DNA of 64,000 nt from Candidatus Krumholzibacteriia bacterium (GTDB lineage Bacteria; Krumholzibacteriota; Krumholzibacteriia; WVZY01; JAKEHA01): positions 93,213 through 157,212 of the forward strand of contig JAOUHG010000001.1 in the NCBI GenBank assembly GCA_029865265.1. Direction: 5' to 3'. Shown piece by piece: positions 57,739 to 64,000 of this stretch (position 1 is its first letter; every line of letters starts with the position of its first letter). Both the position numbers and the translations under genes were made by a program. The notes beneath the pieces were generated by a model, which was not told where the DNA came from, searched no databases, and saw nothing but the letters and a program-made list of their open reading frames with translations.

Positions 57739-58983
57739 ATGAGGAACTACCGCGACCGAAGCGCCTGGCCGAATCGGGCCAATATGCGCGCCGCCCTTGC
57801 GGGCGCGATGATTCTTTCCAGCCTGCTCGCGTGGGGCGATGCCAGGGCCCAGTGTGCCATGCAGCAGTTTCAAAACTACACCGGTGGCGGGACCACGGCG
57901 TGCCCCTGCTTTGTCTCCGGTGAACAGGCGGGTGCGGTGTTCAACCTGCCCGCTTCCGAGTATCCCATCGAGATCCTGCGCGTGGGCGTAGGCTGGGGGT
58001 CCGCCTTCGGAGGGTCGGGACAGACGCTGGAACAGGCCATCCACATTTATACCGGCAGCATCCCCAACCCGGGTCTGCCGCTGTTCTCGCTGGTGGGCCC
58101 GCAGCTCACCGACGGCGCCATCAACGAGTTCAACCTGGAGCCGCTGCCGGGAGAAATCCGCATCGAGTCCGGTTCGTTCATGGTGACGCTCGAGTTCATG
58201 AACACCAATCAGAATGACTTCTTTGCCGGCACCGTGGTGTCCGACGGCAACGGTTGCCAGCCCGGCAAGAACGTGATCTACGCGATACCCGGCGGCTGGG
58301 GCGATGCCTGCTCGGCGGGCGTGAGCGGCGACTGGGTGTTCTTTGTGAAGTATCGCTCGCTCAAGGTAACCGCGGGTGCGAGTCCGGTGTCGGTTGCGTT
58401 CAGCGGTGTTCCGTTCAATCAGACCACGTGTGACACGGTCTACGTGTCCAACACCGGCTGTGACACGCTCATGATCGACGGCATCCTGGGGTGCGGCACA
58501 TCGCCATTCTCCCTCGACACCACCATGACGTCGCACTCGGTGCCGCCCGGTGGTCAGACGCCGATCACGGTGTGCGTCACGCCCACCAGTGCCGCCACGG
58601 ATAATTGCACCATCACCGTGGTGAGCAATGCCGGCAACGGCCCCACCATGATCCCGGTTTCGCTGGATGGCGTGACCGCGGTGTCGGGTCCGCCGGTGGA
58701 CAACGGATTCGGCATTCTCAGTGTCGCGCCCAACCCGTTCAATCCCCAGACCACCATCCGCTTTGTCATTCCGAGAGCGCTGCCGGTGACGGCGGAGGTG
58801 TGGGCGGTGGACGGATCGCACGTTCGCACGCTGGCGCGTGAACAGAATTTCCCCGCCGGCGACAACGCCCTGGTGTGGGATGGACGCAGCGACGGCGGAC
58901 AGTCCGTGGTCTCCGGCGTGTACTTCCTGAGCGTGAAGACGGCGCTGGGACGCCGCGTAACCCGGGCCGTGCTGCTGGAATAG
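57739..58983 (+). CDS. hypothetical secreted Cys-rich protein with T9SS-like C-terminal sorting domain
   Basis: GAGGGAGG RBS, signal peptide (ALAGAMILSSLLAWGDARA), and a tail (APNPFNPQTTIRFVI...LVWDGRSDGGQSVVSGVYFLSVK). Confidence 0.55.
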   Translation: MRNYRDRSAWPNRANMRAALAGAMILSSLLAWGDARAQCAMQQFQNYTGGGTTACPCFVSGEQAGAVFNLPASEYPIEILRVGVGWGSAFGGSGQTLEQAIHIYTGSIPNPGLPLFSLVGPQLTDGAINEFNLEPLPGEIRIESGSFMVTLEFMNTNQNDFFAGTVVSDGNGCQPGKNVIYAIPGGWGDACSAGVSGDWVFFVKYRSLKVTAGASPVSVAFSGVPFNQTTCDTVYVSNTGCDTLMIDGILGCGTSPFSLDTTMTSHSVPPGGQTPITVCVTPTSAATDNCTITVVSNAGNGPTMIPVSLDGVTAVSGPPVDNGFGILSVAPNPFNPQTTIRFVIPRALPVTAEVWAVDGSHVRTLAREQNFPAGDNALVWDGRSDGGQSVVSGVYFLSVKTALGRRVTRAVLLE

Positions 58984-59040
58984 CGGGGAGAAGAATGTTG
59001 GATTTTTTTCTTGTCTGGTGCCGCTGCGAGTGCGTAACGT

Positions 59041-59275
59041 AACGGCATGAGGTTCGCGACCGAGTCGCGACGGCTCCGACCGACCTGGGCGGTACGGGGG
59101 GCCGGGCGAGGTGGGTCTCGCCGATCATTGGGCACGCCCGAAGGAGGTGATCCAGTGAGTACAGAAAGATGCGGCTTAGTGGAGGTGGCGTCCCCGTAGG
59201 GGAAACTTCCACGAAACGTGGCTTCTGTAGGTCACCCCTTCAAGCGGGGGGAACCCAACGCCACCGAAACTGATC
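59041..59275 (+). ncRNA. candidate structured leader / small RNA with embedded 14-codon ORF
   Basis: Putative TTGTCT-N18-TAACGT promoter at 59011-59040. AAGGAGGTGATCC (59141-59153) is a perfect 13-nt complement of the 16S rRNA 3' tail, followed 1-2 nt later by GTG and 14 codons (VSTERCGLVEVASP*). Several perfect hairpins follow (CCACG-aaa-CGTGG; CCCC-gta-GGGG; CCCC-ttcaagc-GGGG), plus long-range complementarity GGTGGCGT / ACGCCACC and a TGATCCAG direct repeat. Confidence 0.3.
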
Positions 59276-59315
59276 CAGCCGGGGCCTCGCCGCATGCGGG
59301 GTCCCGGTTTTTTTC
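59276..59315 (+). terminator. intrinsic terminator: GC-rich hairpin plus a run of 7 T residues
   Basis: CCGGGGCC-TCGCCGCATGCGG-GGTCCCGG followed by TTTTTTT (59308-59314), 34 nt upstream of the DUF302 start codon. Confidence 0.5.
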
Positions 59316-59348
59316 AGCGAAGACTTTCTTATGGCCAGGGAGAAGGAA

Positions 59349-59736
59349 CATGAACATCGGCATCAAGAAGAACCTCTCCATCTCGTTTGACGAGGCACTC
59401 GCCGCCGTCCCGGAGGCGCTGAAGGCGGAGGGTTTTGGAATCCTCACCGAAATCGACGTGCAGAAGACGCTGGACGAGAAACTCCACGTCCCCTTCCGCC
59501 GCTATCGCATCCTCGGCGCCTGCAATCCGCCGCTGGCGCACCGGGTTCTGACCGCGGAGACGGACGCGGGGGTCATGCTGCCTTGCAACGTCATCGTCTA
59601 CGAGGGCGACGATGGGCGTGCGGTGGTTACGGCCGTGGACCCCATGCAGACGCTGGCCCGCGAGCACCCCGTGCTCGAGCCGGTGGCGCGCGAGGTGCAG
59701 GAAAAGCTGACGCGCGTGGTCGAAAAGCTGCGCTGA
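59349..59736 (+). CDS. DUF302-family protein
   Basis: 129 aa (MNIGIKKNLSISFDEALAAV...ILGACNP...VIVYEGDDG) with GGAGAAGGAA upstream. GC is lower than in the flanking genes. Confidence 0.6.
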
Positions 59737-59863
59737 GCCCCCGGCGCCGGGAAAATCCCGCGATCCCGCCGCGGGGCCGGTTCTGTTATAATGGCGCCGC
59801 CCGGTTTACCCCCGGACCTGCGCGGCGTTTCTCTCTCGAATTCAACCGGAGGATATCGACGTC

Positions 59864-60430
59864 ATGAAGCGTTTTGTGCCCCTGCTGCTCATTGCAATGG
59901 TTGCCGCCCTCGGTGTCTCGTGCTCGCAACGCAACTTCCAGAATACGCTCGAGATTGAGAGCCGCACCATCCCGGGTATCGACTTCAGTCAATACCACAA
60001 TTGGAAGTTCGCCCGCGAGGAGGAGTATCCGATGACCAACATCCCGGTTCTCGACGACCCGGGCTTCAGAAACTCGGTGGGGCTCTCCATGATAGAAGAC
60101 ATGAATAAGCTCGGATACACCAAGGTCGACAGCCTTCAGGACTTCGTCATGATGATTCACGTGGTAGTGGAGGACAAGTTTGACCAGCAGAAGATGAATG
60201 ACATCTACCAGGGCTACGACATGGCCTGGGCGCAGATGAGCGCCGATGACTACTGGAAAGAGGGGGAGTTGCTGCTCTTCGCCATGGACGCAAAAACCGG
60301 CAAGCAGATATGGAGCGCGGCCGCCCACGCCAGGCTCGACAAGGAACCTGCCAAGGCCGAGACCACCAAGAAGCGCATCAAGAGCATCATTTCCACGATG
60401 CTCGAGGATTTCCCCAGGGCGATGAAGTAG
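59864..60430 (+). CDS. putative lipoprotein (possibly DUF4136-like), lower-GC gene
   Basis: Signal plus lipobox (LLIAMVAALGVSCS); ~57% GC against the ~68% background. Confidence 0.45.
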   Translation: MKRFVPLLLIAMVAALGVSCSQRNFQNTLEIESRTIPGIDFSQYHNWKFAREEEYPMTNIPVLDDPGFRNSVGLSMIEDMNKLGYTKVDSLQDFVMMIHVVVEDKFDQQKMNDIYQGYDMAWAQMSADDYWKEGELLLFAMDAKTGKQIWSAAAHARLDKEPAKAETTKKRIKSIISTMLEDFPRAMK

Positions 60431-60435
60431 GACGC

Positions 60436-62532
60436 CTACTCGCGGGCGTGCATACGCACGATGCGTCGTGCCGCCGCACCGTCCGCCGACAGCACGCGCA
60501 CAAAATAGACACCGGGCGCCACAGGGCGTCCGGTGTCGTCTTTTCCGTCCCACAGGAACTGGTTTGCGTTCGCGCCCGGCGGAGAGAGGCGGCGCACGCG
60601 CCGTCCTCGCGCGTCGTGGATGGTGATCATGGCCGGTGATCTTCCGGACAGCACGATGGTGGTCACGCCCCGCGATGGATTGGGGAAGACCGACCGGATG
60701 ATACCGCCACCAGCACCGCCGGGAGGCGTGCGCAGCGGGACCACGCTGGCCACCACCGGGTCGTGATCGCTGGCCGCGTTCGCAGACCCGCTGCACACGT
60801 GGACGATATCCACCGCGGCGCCCGCAACCAGCGCCGGGCTCACGAGGATACGATCGTAGGCGTGGGCGTTGCCCTCGTAGACATACGAGTAGCGCTCTTC
60901 CTCGCTGAGCCGCCAGTGCAGGTCGAAGAGCGCGGTCGATGACGACAGCGGCGCCAGCGCACCGGAGAAGACGTCGTCGTTGAAATCGCCCGCCACGATC
61001 ACGCGCGCGTCCGGATCCAGGCGCAGAATCGACTGCACGAAGTCGCGCACGATTTCCGCCTGCGCAAAGCGCTTGCCGGAGCGCGGATCGAAGGGCGGCT
61101 GCACGGAGCCGAATTCCGGCGTGGTGCCGCTGCGCGAGGAGAAATGGCACGCCACCAGGAACAGCGGCACCGCGCCCACACGGAACTCCGCGGCCAGCGG
61201 CTTGCGCGCCGCTTCCCACGCCGCGTTGGCCGGATCCACGCGCCCCGGGCTCAGCGTGAGCATCACGCTGTCGCCGGCCGGAACCGCCGACGTTCCCGTG
61301 TTCGCATCTGCTGCCCCGCGATCCACAAAGGAAATGCGCGTGGAATCGAACAATACTGCCACGCGGATGTTGCCGCCGGGAACACCACCGTCCGCGCCGT
61401 CGGCGGGTGCCACTTCGCGCGCGGCGTAGGTTGGACCCCCCGCGCGGCGTATGGCGGCGGCCAGCGTGTCGAGGGTGGCGGTGGCGCCTGCAGTGCCGTC
61501 GTCCACCGGTCCGCTCGAGTCCTGGATCTCCTGCATGACGAGGATGGCGGGCGCGCCGAGAGAGCGAACGACGATCTCCGCGAGGCGCGGCACGCGATCG
61601 GTGTCGGCGGGCGAGAGGTTGCGCACATTGAAGCTGGCGATGCTAAGCCGTTCGCGCCCGCCCGGGAGCGACACGGACGCCGGCGCGGGCGCGGCCGAAA
61701 CCGCCGCCGGCGACGCCCCGGGCAACACTTCGTAGCAGCCAAAGCGATAGTCCACCACGCCCACCACGTCCGCCATGACGTCGCCGGTGTCGAACGCCGG
61801 CATGGGTGCGGGCAGGAGCGCGTCGTCGATCTGGACCCGCTCCGGGTTGGCGTCGCGCAGCGTGGCGGTGAGGGCGCCGCCAGCACTCATGCCGCTGAAG
61901 CCGTTGTCGACCGCCACCCACACCTCGCCAAACGCGTTGGTGGGACCCACCACGCGTGGCGCCACCAGCCGCACGCGCATGCCTTCCAGACTCTCCCAGA
62001 AGTCGATGCCGTCGTGCGACGGTTCGAAGATGGTGAGGGCGTCGTCGTCCATGATGTCCCCGGGTGGAATCCGGCCCGAACCGCCGATCACGACCGCAAT
62101 GGGCAGCGGCCGCTGGCGCGCCAGGATGCGCACCGACGAGGGGTGGATCTCGGTGATGCTGAGATTCTCCGGGTCGCCGCCCGGGAGAAATTCCACCACG
62201 GTGCCGGCAACTTCGACCTCGTCACCCGATGAAACGCCCGGCGCGGTGCCGGTGTAGGTAAAGACGCCATCGGCGGTCGCGTTGTCGCCGTCGCCGGTTG
62301 GGTCCTGGAGGTAGAACCCGTTGTGGACGACGGTGGTCACGATACCGCGCGTGGTTACGTCTTCTCCGCGGAACGGTGAAACGTGCGCGCGACCCTGGAT
62401 GTCTGCGATGGGCGTGGATGCTGCAAGCGCGAGTGCGCCGGTGGCGATGAAGGTGGTGAGCACGAGCGGAAGCCTCCCTGGGAGGAGGAATGTGTCGTCA
62501 TCGCGGGAGGGAACCGGGAGGACGCAAAGCAT
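60436..62532 (-). CDS. extracellular endonuclease/exonuclease/phosphatase (EEP)-family nuclease with T9SS-like C-terminal sorting domain
   Basis: EEP catalytic blocks (SFNVRNL; VMQEIQD; GDFND; SDHDPV), an N-terminal signal-like region, and a tail (SVFPNPSRGVTTIVL...FLWDGKDDTGRPVAPGVYFVRV). Start is uncertain; the ORF is open to 62598. Confidence 0.6.
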   Translation of the reverse strand: MLCVLPVPSRDDDTFLLPGRLPLVLTTFIATGALALAASTPIADIQGRAHVSPFRGEDVTTRGIVTTVVHNGFYLQDPTGDGDNATADGVFTYTGTAPGVSSGDEVEVAGTVVEFLPGGDPENLSITEIHPSSVRILARQRPLPIAVVIGGSGRIPPGDIMDDDALTIFEPSHDGIDFWESLEGMRVRLVAPRVVGPTNAFGEVWVAVDNGFSGMSAGGALTATLRDANPERVQIDDALLPAPMPAFDTGDVMADVVGVVDYRFGCYEVLPGASPAAVSAAPAPASVSLPGGRERLSIASFNVRNLSPADTDRVPRLAEIVVRSLGAPAILVMQEIQDSSGPVDDGTAGATATLDTLAAAIRRAGGPTYAAREVAPADGADGGVPGGNIRVAVLFDSTRISFVDRGAADANTGTSAVPAGDSVMLTLSPGRVDPANAAWEAARKPLAAEFRVGAVPLFLVACHFSSRSGTTPEFGSVQPPFDPRSGKRFAQAEIVRDFVQSILRLDPDARVIVAGDFNDDVFSGALAPLSSSTALFDLHWRLSEEERYSYVYEGNAHAYDRILVSPALVAGAAVDIVHVCSGSANAASDHDPVVASVVPLRTPPGGAGGGIIRSVFPNPSRGVTTIVLSGRSPAMITIHDARGRRVRRLSPPGANANQFLWDGKDDTGRPVAPGVYFVRVLSADGAAARRIVRMHARE

Positions 62533-62596
62533 AAGGCATGATCGCGGTGGAGGCAAGGCGCGCGCACGTGCTAGTGTCGCCGCACAAGGAGAAACC

Positions 62597-63208
62597 ATGC
62601 CTGAGCGTCCGCCCGATATCCGCAGCCAGTTTGACCGCGCGTTCTTCGAGCGCTTCTACCAGCGGTCGTCCACGGCGGTGATATCCGCGGACGACGTCTA
62701 CCGCCGTGCGCGCTTCGTGCTCGCCTACCTGGCGCACCTGCAACTGGAGGTTCACTCCGTGCTCGACGCGGGCTGCGGCACCGGGCTGTGGAAGAAGGCG
62801 CTGCGGCGGGTGGACCGCGACATCGCGTACACCGGCATCGATCCCAGCGAGTACCTGTGCCGCCGCTATGGCTGGACGCAGACGGCCATCGCCGACTTCG
62901 CGCCGCGGCGCACGTTCGACCTGGTGGTGTGCCAGGACGTGCTGCAGTACGTGGACGACACCGGCGTGCGCCGCAGCATCGCGGCCATGAAGCGCGCCTG
63001 CGCCGGCGCGCTCTACTTCGACGTGCCCACCACCGACGACATCGACGACGGCCTGCTGGACATGAAACTCACCGACCGCGCGATCCACGTGCGCGGCGCC
63101 GAGTGGTACCGCAGGCTGCTGCGCAAGAGCTTCGTCAACGCGGGCGGGGGCGTGTTCCTCAAGAAGAACGCCAGCGCGGTGATCCTGGCCCTGGAACGTC
63201 TGGGGTGA
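62597..63208 (+). CDS. class I SAM-dependent methyltransferase
   Basis: Motif I (VLDAGCGTGLW) and an acidic post-I loop (YTGIDPS); 203 aa. Confidence 0.7.
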   Translation: MPERPPDIRSQFDRAFFERFYQRSSTAVISADDVYRRARFVLAYLAHLQLEVHSVLDAGCGTGLWKKALRRVDRDIAYTGIDPSEYLCRRYGWTQTAIADFAPRRTFDLVVCQDVLQYVDDTGVRRSIAAMKRACAGALYFDVPTTDDIDDGLLDMKLTDRAIHVRGAEWYRRLLRKSFVNAGGGVFLKKNASAVILALERLG

Positions 63209-63225
63209 CCCCGCAATGAAGACCG

Positions 63226-64000
63226 ATCCTGTCTGCGGCATGACGGTCGCGGACGACGCCCCGCTCCAGTTCACCCACGATGGCATTGATTACCGCTTTT
63301 GCAGCGCGGGTTGCCGCGAGAAGTTCGCGCGCGATCCCGCGGCCTACCTGAACAAGACCGATACCGGCAAGCCCGCCCCGCAACCCCCCGTGCAAGCCGG
63401 CGCCGCGGCGGAGTGGACCTGTCCCATGCACCCCGAGGTGGTGCGTGGCGAGCCGGGATCGTGTCCCATCTGCGGCATGGCCCTCGAACCGCGCATGCCA
63501 TCGGCCGGTGACACCGAAAACCCCGAGCTCCAGGACATGTCGCGGCGCTTCAAGGTGGCGGTGGCACTGGCGGTGCCGCTCCTGTTTGTCGCCATGGGCG
63601 ACATGCTTCCGGGCCAGCCCGTTTCGAAGCTTCTCTCGCCGCGGCTTCGGGTATGGATCGAACTCCTGCTGGCGACGCCGGTGTGCGTGTGGGCGGCGTG
63701 GCCCTTCCACGAGCGCGCGTACCAGTCCCTGCGCACGCGCAATCTCAACATGTTCACGCTCATCGGCCTGGGGGTGAGCGTGGCCTGCCTGTTCAGTCTG
63801 GTCGCGGTCATCGCACCGGGTCTGTTTCCGGACGCGATGCGCCACCACGGCGGCGTGCCGGTGTATTTCGAAGCCGCGGCGGTGATCACGGCACTGGTCC
63901 TGATGGGCCAGGTGCTGGAGCTGCGTGCGCGCCACCAGACCGGAGAAGCCATCCGCCGGCTCCTGGGCATGGCGCCCACGACCGCGCGCCGTATTGGCGC
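63226..64000 (+). CDS. heavy-metal (Cu/Ag-type) translocating P-type ATPase, N-terminal part (3' end lies outside the window)
   Basis: Open frame with no stop to the window end. N-terminal YHS/TRASH-like DPVCGM...YRFCSAGC, a second Cys pair (WTCPMH...GSCPICGM), then the first TM helices of P1B-ATPases. Confidence 0.75.

Noticed and set aside
59141-59153. AAGGAGGTGATCC, an exact complement of the 16S rRNA 3' terminus; with CCGTAGGGGAA nearby it briefly suggested a 16S fragment.
   Set aside because: Only 13 nt match. The flanks have no rRNA helices and no other rRNA signature. It is interpreted instead as a very strong SD inside a leader (see findings).
60428-60440. GTAGG-acg-CCTAC mini-palindrome between the convergent lipoprotein and nuclease genes.
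   Set aside because: It is simply formed by the two opposing stop codons (TAG / CTA). The stem is too short, with no T-run, to call a terminator.
1-64000. Looked for CRISPR repeats, tRNA or tmRNA, IS elements, integrases and phage genes.
   Set aside because: No regularly spaced direct repeats and no cloverleaf-compatible segments were found in intergenic regions. No transposase, integrase or phage structural ORFs were seen. The internal repeats seen at 52261..55263 are protein-coding Ig-like modules.

Overview
This is a high-GC (~68%), densely coding 64-kb chromosomal segment with about 55 protein genes. I found no rRNA, tRNA, CRISPR array, transposase or integrase. Lineage hint: the recurring secretion-tail motifs, the Ser/Thr kinase fused to a TolB-like propeller and the abundance of TPR proteins suggest an FCB-group / Gemmatimonadetes- or Acidobacteria-like organism; this cannot be confirmed from the sequence alone.

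Gene content, left to right:
- A Pat-like acyl-CoA-synthetase/GNAT protein acetyltransferase, a CBS-pair protein, an N-terminally short transcription terminator Rho with a long leader, an OPT oligopeptide transporter and a PAP2 phosphatase.
- A complete, tightly packed haem pathway in two translationally coupled operons separated by an AT-rich promoter island: hemE-hemN-hemY-hemH, then hemA, a hemC/hemD fusion, hemB and hemL.
- An orphan STAS protein and a DUF481 outer-membrane gene disrupted by a 10-bp duplication.
- A type III polyketide synthase operon with an ICMT-family methyltransferase and a tiny Cys-rich protein.
- An M1 aminopeptidase with a T9SS-like C-terminal sorting domain, a cysteine synthase, a Ser/Thr kinase with a TolB-like propeller, and msrA.
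- An SBP-like lipoprotein, a sensor kinase and an NtrC-type sigma-54 regulator, followed by a -24/-12 promoter with upstream palindromes that drives a TPR lipoprotein, a polysaccharide deacetylase and a FemAB-like GNAT protein.
- A secreted HAD hydrolase, a second Ser/Thr kinase paired with a dual-FHA protein, and an NmrA-like reductase.
- An arsenosugar-type gene pair: an AhpD-like protein and an ArsS radical-SAM protein.
- An eight-gene minus-strand envelope-machinery locus: a ~1000-aa Ig-repeat surface protein, a FadL/PorV-like barrel with a FlgD-Ig domain, a 1036-aa TPR protein, ExbB-ExbD-ExbD-TonB and a secreted protein.
- A hypothetical protein, a membrane-anchored SGNH hydrolase and another secreted protein with the sorting tail.
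- A structured roughly 270-nt leader or small RNA carrying a perfect anti-16S Shine-Dalgarno, a 14-codon ORF and a terminator, lying upstream of DUF302 and lipoprotein genes of lower GC.
- An EEP-family extracellular nuclease with the sorting tail, a SAM methyltransferase, and the 5' part of a CopA-like P-type ATPase.
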